From NCBI RefSeq assembly GCF_026571515.1, contig NW_026855218.1:62001-126000 (forward strand): 64,000 bases of DNA, written 5' to 3'. Below, in pieces: positions 1-10,504 of the stretch; the first letter of the stretch is position 1; the number at the start of each line of letters is the position of its first letter. The notes below the pieces were generated by a model that saw only the letters and a program-made list of their open reading frames with translations, did not search any database and was not told where the DNA came from. Source of the stretch: Ruditapes philippinarum (taxonomy: Eukaryota). The translations under genes were made by a program, and so were the position numbers.

Positions 1-2730
1 ATAAATATCTGAATATAATGTTCCAGGGAAAATAGTATCTTTTGAATTACTTAAGATAAGATTATCGTCTTATGTTCCTACAAATATTTTAATACCTAGA
101 GGTAATGTCACATACATGTGCTTCTTGACTGGGTGAACCATACAACTTGTTTGCATTAAGTCCTTTGGTTAGCACACGTTGCTTAATAGCTTTCATTGGT
201 ATAGATGTGTTCACAATAATAAGTGTTTCAGTAGCCAAAATGACATTGAGTTTCCCATTAAAACGCAGTATATCATTTAAAAGCTATTACTACGGTTGAT
301 GGCTCAGGTCTTTTACATTCAACATCACTTAACTTTTTTACATTGATAGCATGTTCTGAAAAGGGGAAATACTAAACAGTCAGGTATATAAAGTAAAAAC
401 CAAATAAGTTTTTACTATTACACCTTAATATTTCTCCTTTCTCACCATTGTCACAATGTTTTGCGTGACCGTCTTCTATTTCATTTGTAGACCCAAACTA
501 TATAGGTTATATATAAAAGACTTTATAGCTATCAAAAGTAGGAACCAAGTTGAATATACGTGCATAATTTCATTTAGGAGGGGGTAATAAATTGTTCGTG
601 GAAAATATCAAACTACCGATGATCACGCTATTTCGGTAAATAGGCGCACCAAGTAGTTTGACCTTAAATTCATTATGACATCTTGAAACCAATATAACGA
701 AAACATTTTGACATACGATCACTTAAATGTTGTTTATGATCTTTACTGAATTCGATGTATTATTCCAAATATATCATGGAACGTTTGACAAGCGTTGAGA
801 TACTCCCATTTTTTCATGGTTTCAGGAGGATGGGATGTTATAAATTACTGTTCAGTTCTTAAATATATGTTGAACTGCAGACATTTCGTAATAAGAATGT
901 TATTTAGTATAATTTATTGTTGAAGTATATTATTTCTCTGATTATGACAGATGATATATATCAAGAACAGTGGAATGCTCTTCATCAAAGTTGGCAAATA
1001 TATCTTTTCAGGTTCAGCTGGTTGTATTTGATGATGACAAAGGTTTACTAGGGACACAGGGAAACTGGCACTTAAATTTAACTTAAAATCGAATAAATAA
1101 CATAAGCATTCAATGTTGTTGATATAACATAATTTACAGTTAACAAAGAATTTTTTTTTATTTTATCAATTCCAGTTATATTTTTGATTAAAGAGTTAAT
1201 TGTAGAAAATTTGATTTTGTTAATTTCCAATTTCTATTGATATCTAATGAATAAAACTATTATTAAAAACTTGTTTCTTTGGCGTATAATCAAGCTTATG
1301 ATACTGAATTGTTATTGGAATGTTTTTTGTTTTATTTTGAAAAATAAATGGAATGGGTAACCCATGCTTACATAAAGACCAAAAATAAACAAGGGAGAGG
1401 CAACTCTCAATATTTAACGTTCAGTCGAAGAGGATATCAAGACACACTTCACTGGACGCATTTTGTATCTAGTAATCATGTCAATATTGAAGAGATTTTC
1501 TACGTTGTAAAAAAATAATTTAATGTTGTATTTATTATTTTTGTACCAACTAACCTTTTAAGTACATAGTATTTGTATAAACACGATATGACATTTTTGA
1601 TGCATTTTTTTCACGGCAATCTCCCACCTCTTCCTTCATATGTTTCATTTACTTTCTTCCAAAGAGTTAAGTGGATTGTTTGTTCTATCTTTCTAGGCTT
1701 TCATATTCCTTTTGAATAACCTGATATGTCAGTTAACTACTAAAATTGAATATTGGTCAGCGAAACGGTCATTTAGTACGGGGACCACACAACTCATTTT
1801 GCATAGGAAGTGCAATTTAACGCTTTGGGATAACATTAACAATACTGGCTTGGAAAAATCGTCAGCTTTATCTTCTTTACCATTTTCATTTTGATAAACA
1901 CGTATTTCCATACAGTTTTCCGGATCGTTTACCATTTTAAAAATCTTTAAACGTGCAATAATTGAACATAATTCATAATTGTATGATTGGAAAATAGAGA
2001 AAGATTATTCAGTATGACGAGAACATTTCTTGCAAACCAATAGCTATCATATCAGAAGTTATCAACAAGAAATTACTGACCAAAATATCGTGTAATGTAT
2101 TCCTGTGTTTGTAAACGATTTACTTCAACAAAACATTATATTTTCGTGTCAATATCAATACTCTTTGAAAGTGTAAAGTTTAGGTTTAATGCCTTACAAT
2201 GTACATTTATACATCAACTTTCGTGTAATTTTCCCCAAGAAGTGTATCTTACTTTTCATTAAAACAGATGATCGATCAACGACGTGAAACGACAGCTGAT
2301 TCAGAAGGTTCATCTAAGTTTGACTACTATGTTACGTATGAGATGTGAAAATAATTGAAAAAAATATCTGATAATTATTTGTTTGTTCCATTTTTTTATC
2401 TTTAAGGTTTATTATAAAATTTAAGAGAAATTTAAAGTTTAGGTTTAATGCCTTACAATGTACATTTATACATCAACTTTCGTGTAATTTTCCCCAAGAA
2501 GTGCATCTAACTTTTCATTAAAACAGATGATCGATCAACGACGTGAAACGACAGCTGATTCAGAAGGTTCATCTAAGTTTGACTACTATGTTACGTATGA
2601 GATGTGAAAATAATTGAAAAAAATATCTGATAATTATTTGTTTGTTCCATTTTTTTATCTTTAAGGTTTATTATAAAATTTAAGAGACATTCGTCAGCCT
2701 TTTCAAGACTGCTTTATTTACAAAGTTATT
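1..2730 (-). pseudogene. Decayed single-exon gene, copy A of a three-copy family (product unidentified; region truncated by window start)
   Basis: Colinear similarity to 17913..20382 and 21798..24615 (e.g. GGCGCACCAA.TAGTTTGACCTT and GGGACCACACAACTCATTTTGCATAGGAAGTG in all three). Minus-strand frames give protein-like pieces broken by stops and frameshifts (ORF 1729..1935 ...SVKLHFLCKMSCVVPVLNDRFADQY). Candidate ATG at 2690; the acceptor AG seen in copies B/C reads AA here (2718-2719). Confidence 0.6.
2174..2687. repeat. Near-perfect 259-bp tandem duplication inside copy A
   Basis: TAAAGTTTAGGTTTAATGCCTTACAATG...TTAAGAGA at 2174..2428 repeats at 2433..2687 with about two substitutions; single-copy in B and C. 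Confidence 0.9.
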
Positions 2731-2877
2731 AATGGATTTTTCAGATGCATTGATTCAAATGCCTTCAAAATAACTGTTGAGCAAAAAAGTGATATCCAAC
2801 ATTAATAACGTTAACATAACTCTAAAGCTACTTTTAAAAGGACAACCTTCACATAACATGTTATTTGGAATGCAGCA

Positions 2878-2932
2878 CATTACTTTTCAAGCGGAGATTT
2901 TATGCCGACTATTTAGGTTTTGGCTTATTTTC
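2878..2932 (-). promoter_or_regulatory. Candidate non-coding leader exon end and splice donor (AAA|GTAATG) upstream of pseudogene copy A
   Basis: TACTTTTCAAGCGGAGAT (2881..2898) is identical to 12365..12382; GT donor at 2883-2882 on minus, ~165 nt upstream of the acceptor position. Confidence 0.45.
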
Positions 2933-4209
2933 AAAGCTCTTCTGTCGGTAAGGTAAGAACTGATAAACAGAAGGTCTCTGGCTTGATTTCTAACTAACAC
3001 CACGTTATGAGATACATATTTGTTAAATTTACTTGCAAGAAGTAATTGGTTTTAGCCTAAATTTTAAGTGTTTTTTTCATACAATTATATTTTTATTTCA
3101 TTATATTATCGTTATTAAAAAGTACAGCGCGTTTATATTGCAAGTTACCGCAGTTAAATTCACGCCTTGTCTATTCAATTGTTTCAGCTACAATGCCCTA
3201 ATTTAAATCATAATAGGCATGTCAATTGATTTCCAAAGAACAATTATGTATTTTTAATTTATACACGATTGTATGTTCTTACACCTTTTTTGAAAGTTTA
3301 AGAATTAACCAACAGGTAGTGGTTTAACACCATATTCATGATATTTGTCCTACGTGGTAGATATTTACTCTGTTTGGTCCTTTTTTAATTCTATAATTGG
3401 TACACTGTGAAAAAATAATGAATGAGGCATGTCGCATTTTGTTCATTGAAAAATGGCAATTAGAATTAAGTCCAAAGTGAAAATATGTGAATTGTATTTT
3501 TAACAAGAATGTTTAATGTACAAATTGTAAATATTTATTACGTTCAGTGACGTGCTATTGAGTGTGTTACCCACTATGATACTTTTGTTAAAATGAAAAA
3601 TCATTGTTGAATAAATAATTTCAAGAGCTTAAATGTATTTTTGCTTATCAACAATTCAACATGAGCCTTCCGACCCAAAGTACACAGCAATATAAGTACA
3701 ATAAAATATGCATGTTGATTGAATTAATAAACAGTGGTTGCACTGCACATACATTAAATAAGAATAAATGTTAAGTTGGGGATGGGGGGGGGGGCTAAAA
3801 AACAGAAAACTTATACTTTATGACTTAATCAGAAAAACAAAAATTAATGATAATTATAATGTCGCTCCATTGATACACCAATGATATAGATATCGCAAAT
3901 CTAGAGATATTGGGAAAAAACGTGGAAACATGTACATTTTTTGTTTAAAAGAGACTGATATTCTTATATAAAGTGTTAGAATTTAAAGAGTTATTTTGTT
4001 TACCTATTTCAGTTGATTAGTTTGTTACGGTGAACACATTTTCTTTAAAAATCACAGTAAAGATAACCCTCTGTGTTAAATTAACCTTATAAAACATATA
4101 ATATTGTTCAATATCATTGGTCTGTGTAGTCATTGATAAAACATCAGAAAATGTTTTAGTTAAGGTTGTTGGTTACAAAGCATTTACACCTTTCTTTCCC
4201 TGTGTTTAA

Positions 4210-4505
4210 AGCAGCTCGACTTCAGGTGAACTAAACTATTACAAAGAATTTAAACTTGACAAAAATGTACTAAGATTTTAAGAAAAAACATTCAAGTAAT
4301 AAACTACATGTTATTTGCGATAAATGACATTTTTTGCAGTATTTATCGCCATATTATTACCATATGACTAACGCAGTAAATGCTAGTTCTGCATATTTTA
4401 CTATATTTTGGTAATTAACTTCAATGTATAAATGACGTTTTATTTCACATTATTTGAGCTTTGAATAAACTTTCAAAATGAGCATGAATTTGCAGACATG
4501 TTGCT
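4210..4505. mobile_element. Degenerate TTAA-flanked MITE (Kolobok-like), same family as 45694..46039 in opposite orientation
   Basis: TTAA at 4206-4209 and 4506-4509; AG...CT termini; internal AAACTTGACAAAAATGTACTAAGATTTTAAGAAAA matches the reverse complement of 45965..46000. Confidence 0.6.
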
Positions 4506-4509
4506 TTAA

Positions 4510-5436
4510 AGCTATACCATGCTCAAATTTGACATTGGTAAATATTAGACAATTATTTACTAGTGTGCCATTGGATATGATGCGATATTTACCGGCAGAT
4601 GACATCGCCTCGGTCAATATGACTTTCTGCCGGTGAATTTCACCATCATATTCAATGGCACACTAGTCAATAATTGTTCTATTATAATTATGAATAGGCT
4701 ATCAGAATTAAAACAAAATCACAGACAGTACGACTTTATACATGTACAATTTTTGCCTGTTTCGTTGAAGCGCGGGAAAAAGACGCACGTGAAAGGCGTG
4801 CAACAACTACTACTCGATCGCTGCGCATACAAAAGAAATTCAAGTTTTACTCCTCACTGCAGTGTAACTTTTAACTGTAATTGTAAAGTAATGATATTTT
4901 AATCGAGAAATTTACCATAAAGAACAAAACGCAACAATTATATTTTGATAAGCACGCGTTATTAACAGTCTAAGATATATAGTCATTGAATATGAGTCTC
5001 AATCTATTTTTTGACTTGGAAAATCCAATTCAGGCAGTGAATATGATACTACACCCAGTGAATATGATTCTATAAAAAAGCTCTGTTGACTTCTGTTTGG
5101 ACCAATGAGATTGCAGCTATATTTAGATCATATAATAATAATATTTGCTACACAGTCTCTTTGTAAATTTAAAATACACTTGTTTTGGCTTCACATGAAG
5201 TAGATATGTTATGTTCGAAACCCTACACACTATTGGCAGTCACACTGTGAATATATAGTGTAAATATAATATAAACTGGCAGTTTATTTTAATGACATAT
5301 AATAGGGAACGCAATTTCCTATACATATTTTATTCATTCTTTTTTTTTTAAATTACAGATATAGGTTTGAATTTTATAAATTTCAATAAATTTCTTAGAA
5401 TAATGTATTTTACTCAAGGATGATCATAGAAAATCT
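4510..5436. mobile_element. TTAA-flanked MITE (Kolobok-like), same family as 37055..37401, interrupted by a ~600-bp insertion
   Basis: Starts AGCTATACCATGCTCAAATTTGA, ends TACTCAAGGATGATCATAGAAAATCT+TTAA; 5145..5285 aligns to the reverse complement of 37222..37360. Confidence 0.7.
4547..5140. mobile_element. Non-autonomous element with a terminal ~130-bp hairpin, nested in the MITE (possibly Crypton-type)
   Basis: ACAATTATTTACTAGTGTGCCATTGGATATGATG...ACCGGCAGA pairs with TCTGCCGGTGAATTTCACCATCATATTCAATGGCACACTAGTCAATAATTGT (4549..4677); other end reads CATATAATAATA. The class assignment is an inference. Confidence 0.55.
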
Positions 5437-5734
5437 TTAAATTCCTCCAGTTGTAAATTCTATGTTCTCAAGCTAGATCATGAATAGTCGCTGGTTCTTA
5501 TTTTACATAATCTGGGCTGGAAACTTCAAATCAGGGTCTTTCAAATAGAATTGAAATAGAAATAGAATCTATTTGAAAGAACCTGTTAAAATATAACGAA
5601 ATTGCCGAGTGGATTATGGAATGAGTGCTGGTTCAACTCTGAAGACAGTCTGTAGCTGAGTAAAATTGACATATGCACTCTTTGCCATTATTTTGAAAAA
5701 AAAATCAACAACAAAAAAAACAACAACAAACAAA

Positions 5735-6965
5735 AACAAGAATCTGTGTTTGATAAACACAAATGCCCCCGCGCTCACTGTTGTCAATAATTTAACTTTA
5801 GAGAGTGAAGTAGCTAATTTGTATAATTTGTATGGAAGAAAACCAATCATGTGTAGAAATCTGTAATTTGCATCCTTGACCTTGACCCAACTGACCCCTA
5901 ACTCCATCCAAATGAAGAATATCATGCAACTTATTTTTCCTACCAAATATGAAATAAATCTGTCAATTTATAAAGGCTGTATGGGCAAAAGTGTAAAAAT
6001 CTATTTTAGCACTGTTGATCTTGACCCAACTGACCGCTAACTCCATCCAAAGGAAGAATACCATGAAAGTTATCTTCCTTCCACTTATAATACAAATCTG
6101 TCAATAAATAAAGGCTATATGAGCAAAAGTGTAAACATCTATTTTTAGCACTAGTGACCTTGACCAAACTGACGCCTACCTCCATCCAAAGGAGAATACC
6201 TAAATTTTATGTTCCTACAAAATATACAAGACATCTGTCGATAGAATAAGGTTAATACACCTGTAAAAGTGTAAACAAATCTATTTTTGACATTGGTGAC
6301 CTTGACCCAAATGACCCCTTACTAAAGGAAAAGGAAGAGGACCTCCCTTGGTATTATAATAAACATGAAAGACATTAACTTAAAAATAAAGGCTGTATGA
6401 GCAGAACTGTTTAGATTTATTTTTTTACACAAGTGACCTTGACCTTGACCTAGAGACGCCTAACGCAACAAAAAATAGAGGACTGTTAAAGGTATCTACC
6501 TATGAAAGATATCATTAAATAAATTAAGTAATTAGGTGAATTTTTTGATAAATCCAACTTGGCGGAATAGGTTAACCATACAAGGCCCTATATAAGTGAT
6601 AAAAAGGGATATTACTGGGAAAATGGATGGCACATTTATATAACTTGGCAATATCATGTACATTGTATTGATAAGTAAGTGTGAAAATTATTAAGCCATT
6701 AGTTCAGATAGAACATAAGATATTTTCAACTTGCCGGTTTAGGTTAACCATTATTCATGGCTAAATAGGGCCATAGCTTGGTGCAAATGGAAGCCATAGT
6801 TATGCTACTTGCCCAGATCATATACTTTGTATTGATTAGTAAGTGTGTAAATTATAAAGCTATTGGTACAGGTAGAACTTAAGAAAAATCCAACTTGCCG
6901 TTCTAGGTTAATCTCGTACGGACAGACGGACGGTTTAATTACTATATGCCCGGGGGCATAAAAAA
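5735..6965 (+). mobile_element. Pearl/HINE-type non-autonomous (Helentron-associated) repeat with internal tandem arrays
   Basis: Begins AACAAG; five ~140-bp units carrying GACCTTGACC(C)AACTGAC at ~5878, 6018, 6156, 6297, 6436; second unit CAACTTGC/GCGG..TAGGTTAA at ~6555, 6727, 6891; ends with GGACAGACGGACGG microsatellite and TATGCCCGGGGGCATA hairpin. Confidence 0.75.
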
Positions 6966-7687
6966 CAATGTGGTATTGCAGATAACTTGCTGAGACCGAA
7001 CCAGGCAAATTGCTTGAAATATTGTGAAAAAAAGAAATGTGTTGTGAAAAGAAAAATCTAAATACAACTTATCTTTACTTTTTTTTTGCTCAAATTTTCA
7101 AAACAAAATGTCATTACACTCTTTTTGGTATCTGTGTCGGTGTTGGTTACCTTTCCAGTAACTATAGAAGCTATTCACTTCAAACTTGATATACATGTTT
7201 ATTGTCATGAAAAAAAGCCATTTGAAAGGGACAGATAATCCAAAAATGATATTTTGCAGTGCTATGCTTCTTTTCCAATTTAGATGATTTAAATCCGCAT
7301 TAACCTTTTTGTTAAGGTCAATTTTCTCAGTTACTATCAAAGTAATTCACATTTATCTTGATATATATGGAAGGGTAGATAATCCTAGAATTCGTTCTTT
7401 GACAAGGAGAGTTATTCCCCATGGTTGACTGATTGTTTTTATACTAATGATATCTCTTCATTTTAAAAAAAAAAAAATTCTTCGTTAGCTTTATTGCTAG
7501 GGTTCGTAAAGTATCAAATATATTTATCTTAAACTTTAGAGTACCTTTTCACTACCAAAGTTGAAGTGCATTTGTAAAAATCTTGAAAATCTTTTTGCTT
7601 TAATTATTTCCCTTGATCTACTCGGAATATTTGCCTTTTCCTTGCTGACTCTTAAAGGTATTTATTTTAAGCTTGAAATATTTTTTG

Positions 7688-7960
7688 ACTGTCGAGTGGC
7701 CGAGTGGTTAATGCAGTTGACATCGAACCATTTGCCTTGAACCGTTGAAGGTGCGAGCAGCGCAAGCGTCTTAGATTCTTTAATGTGCGAAAGATATCTA
7801 ACTACCTTACGGAACATCTTTTCTTCTGCTCAAGTGTCCAAACGTGACTGAAATAATGCACAGAGGTGCATCTTGGGATCTTCCTCCACAAGTAAATCTG
7901 GATAGTCGACATATGACAAATACTGTGTCGGTGCAACGTAAAACCAAATCAATCAAACAT
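7688..7960 (+). mobile_element. tRNA-derived SINE, degenerate full-length copy
   Basis: A-box GTGGCCGAGTGGTTAA at the 5' end; core GAAATAATGCACAGAGGTGCATCTTGGGATCTTCCTCCAC; tail GTGTCGGTGCAACGTAAAACCAAATCAATCAAAC; related inverted fragment at ~60000. Confidence 0.75.
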
Positions 7961-8367
7961 ACCTCGCTTAGGATTGCTTTCTGTTAGACCCCCCCCCCAT
8001 TACAAGGATCAAGGTCAATACAATATAATATACATGTTTCTATGTGTTGGAAAATGGTTGCTTATTTCTTTTGTTTCTTGATTATTTATTGTTTATATCG
8101 TACATTGTACATTGCTTGTATTGTTTATCAAGTAGAGCAAAACTGTCAATGTGATAATTGAAAACCTGGTTTCGTGGCATTGCCATCTTTCTTAATGTTA
8201 ATTTCTTAGGGATTGTTTAACTTTAATTTTAGAATACTTGTTCAATTGGAGAATTTAAATAAATTATAATAGTCAGTGTTGTAAACTAATAGCTACCGTT
8301 TTATTTTCTAAACGTAAACTTACAAGGTACATAAATAAACAAGAATAAATCAGTCTAAGGTTTTACT

Positions 8368-8373
8368 TTTATT
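8368..8373 (-). terminator. Candidate polyadenylation signal of the OLD-like gene
   Basis: AATAAA on minus ~200 nt past the stop, followed downstream by a U/GU-rich tract (TTTATTCTTGTTTATTTATGT). Confidence 0.45.
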
Positions 8374-8573
8374 CAGTACTTATCAGATTATTGGAAATTA
8401 TAGACAACTTCACAGTATATAAACGAAATCACTGTACAACGTCTTGAGAGGCTACAAAATTTAATGTTTAACATATTCAAACAAATTAACAAAGTTAATC
8501 GTTAACTGTTTGCTTTTGTTTTTCTCAAGGTAGTCACATTCTAAAAGCTTCTGATACGTAATCATGAGAGAAG

Positions 8574-10400
8574 TTATTTCTTTAACTTTTTGATTAATAA
8601 GGCAATGTCGTCGCTTTGCTTGCAGTGTTCTAGCAGAAGTCTCACACTCTCTGTGATGTTATCACATGTGATACGTTCATCAAGGAAAAGTTTGCCCCTG
8701 CCTCTGTTGCATTTAATACGAATTGGATTGTCGACAATAACGCCCTGTTTGATAAGACCTGTTTTAAGCTCTGTATTGTTCGTACACATATTAAGGACCA
8801 TTTTCTCAATGTCACCATCCTTCCAATAAAATATTCCGTCCTGACTCTCCTTCTTTTTACCCTTCTCAGAATCCAAAAGAAACAAGTGTTCCAGCTCGAG
8901 TTTTTCAGATATATCATGATAGAATTTACTCTGGCCCTCACCATTCATCTTGATAAATGTATATTCTGTGAGACTGATCTTCAAGTCGTTACTTTCCTTC
9001 TCGGTACCATTTAACAATTTTGAAGTGATTGCACATTCACCAGCCAGAATCTGACTTTTAAGTTCTCTGAGAAAAAGTTCCTCCGAATCACCTTCATAGA
9101 ATAAAACTTTCCTCGCAAAGAAAATGTCCGGAATATTGTGCGATGTCAGCAATCTCATATTCTTCATACTTTCCTTTTTCTCTTTATCAAGAATATATTT
9201 ACCGAATAAAATGTGGTTTCCCTTTTCACGGCGCCTGAAGATAAATGTATCAGATATCGTCCAAGGAGTAATTATTCCTTTCTGGTGTGTAGTGAGAATA
9301 ACACGTTTGTTGTTTTTCTCTTGTTTCATTATCTGAACCATTCTTTCTACGAATTGTGGATGCATTCCTCTTTCTGGTTCTTCAAGCAAAATTGTCTTGA
9401 ATTGTTTGCTTGAAATAAGGATAGAAAATTCTTTCGCACCTAAAATTCCTTCTGGCGTTTTTATCAAAGCAAATTTGCCCCTTTTTGAACGGTTCTCTCC
9501 TGTTATCATCTGCTTGAAGTTGTCGTCTTCTCCTTCTGTAACTTGCCTGAAATAGGTTTCTTCTTTCTGTGTGTCAAACATATCTGAGTGGTTGAAATAA
9601 TAGTTTATTATTTCAGATCTGTTGACAGCCTCTTCGTAATTTTTATTTCGATATTCCATGGTGTGACGTCCACTTTTAGACCACTGATAAGGCGCCATTG
9701 ACCGTGACGGGAATGTAAAAACAAACTGCTCTGTCATTGTCTTCAATATTTCTTTCAACTTGTCCGGCGACGTCTGTGGGGCTTTTTGTAGATTCTCTAA
9801 AATCGAATTTATGGACTGCTCTATGGCGTCATTTTTTTGATTTACATTTGAAATAGTATCAATGCATTGGTCTATGTTAATGGACGAGTTTTCATAACTA
9901 AGCATGTAGCTTGCAGACACCTTAAGATCTGTTTCATCCCCTGATTTTGTTAAAGTAATACGATCAACCAATATTTGATCATTTCTAGAAATGGCAAATT
10001 TATAGTACTCTTCTATGGTACTTTTAGTTGTGGATTCGTTCCCAGATGCATCTCTTTTAGAATTCACTTCTTCGGCACCAATACGTTTTCGCATCTCATT
10101 TTGTCCGTCTTGATTCCACGAAGGATTAATAGGTTTGGACACGATACCAAGTACCACGTCATTACTTCGTGAACAATCAGTTTCCACGTTGCAGATGACA
10201 TAAGAAATTTTGTCCGAGTCAGGTACTGAAGATATTGATGTGCTTAGTCCCAAATTTAAACAGCGGCGTATACCTTCTAAAACTGAACTTTTACCTGAAC
10301 CATTTACGCCAATGAGAATAAAAGGTCCATCGTTTGAAAAGTCCATCACTTGGTGGTCTTTAAATCCCACAAAGTTCTTGAGATGAACAGATCGCAACAT
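8574..10400 (-). CDS. OLD-family ATP-dependent nuclease: N-terminal ABC-type ATPase fused to C-terminal TOPRIM (GajA/OLD-like), 608 aa, single coding exon
   Basis: N-terminal strand LKNFVGF; Walker A GVNGSGKS (aa 31-38); Walker B/D-loop ILLEEPERGMHP; H-switch VILTTH; OLD-type TOPRIM entry FFARKVLFYEGDSE; DxD-position LLDSE; distal acidic GDIE. Frame is uninterrupted. Confidence 0.88.
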   Translation of the reverse strand: MLRSVHLKNFVGFKDHQVMDFSNDGPFILIGVNGSGKSSVLEGIRRCLNLGLSTSISSVPDSDKISYVICNVETDCSRSNDVVLGIVSKPINPSWNQDGQNEMRKRIGAEEVNSKRDASGNESTTKSTIEEYYKFAISRNDQILVDRITLTKSGDETDLKVSASYMLSYENSSINIDQCIDTISNVNQKNDAIEQSINSILENLQKAPQTSPDKLKEILKTMTEQFVFTFPSRSMAPYQWSKSGRHTMEYRNKNYEEAVNRSEIINYYFNHSDMFDTQKEETYFRQVTEGEDDNFKQMITGENRSKRGKFALIKTPEGILGAKEFSILISSKQFKTILLEEPERGMHPQFVERMVQIMKQEKNNKRVILTTHQKGIITPWTISDTFIFRRREKGNHILFGKYILDKEKKESMKNMRLLTSHNIPDIFFARKVLFYEGDSEELFLRELKSQILAGECAITSKLLNGTEKESNDLKISLTEYTFIKMNGEGQSKFYHDISEKLELEHLFLLDSEKGKKKESQDGIFYWKDGDIEKMVLNMCTNNTELKTGLIKQGVIVDNPIRIKCNRGRGKLFLDERITCDNITESVRLLLEHCKQSDDIALLIKKLKK

Positions 10401-10414
10401 GACTACTCCTCAAT

Positions 10415-10445
10415 CTGGATAATATAAGCCAACAGAAAAATTATA
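10415..10445 (-). promoter_or_regulatory. Splice acceptor 14 nt upstream of the OLD-like ATG (5' UTR intron)
   Basis: Minus strand reads TTTTTCTGTTGGCTTATATTATCCAG|ATTGAGGAGTAGTCATG; an in-frame TGA between acceptor and ATG means any upstream exon is non-coding. Confidence 0.6.
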
Positions 10446-10504
10446 GTAACTAGAAAGGAAAAGGGGATTTGCAGTGAATTTACATGTCCTTGTTATAAAT
10501 ATGT

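Noticed and set aside
5870-6460. Regularly spaced GACCTTGACC repeats resembling a CRISPR array (also ~41600 and ~46480)
   Set aside because: Whole 140-185 bp units are homologous (no unique spacers), no cas genes; typical internal arrays of HINE/pearl elements.
8574-10400. Bacterial contaminant contig, complete Gabija operon, or Rad50/SMC/RecF gene
   Set aside because: Flanks are metazoan repeats with no assembly gap nearby; no GajB/UvrD ORF; no long coiled coil or zinc hook; the C-terminal TOPRIM excludes Rad50/SMC/RecF.
10401-10411. GAGGAG 5 nt upstream of the OLD-like ATG looks like a Shine-Dalgarno site
   Set aside because: A 6-mer is weak evidence, it lies just inside a good splice acceptor, and there is no operon or other bacterial context; likely coincidence.
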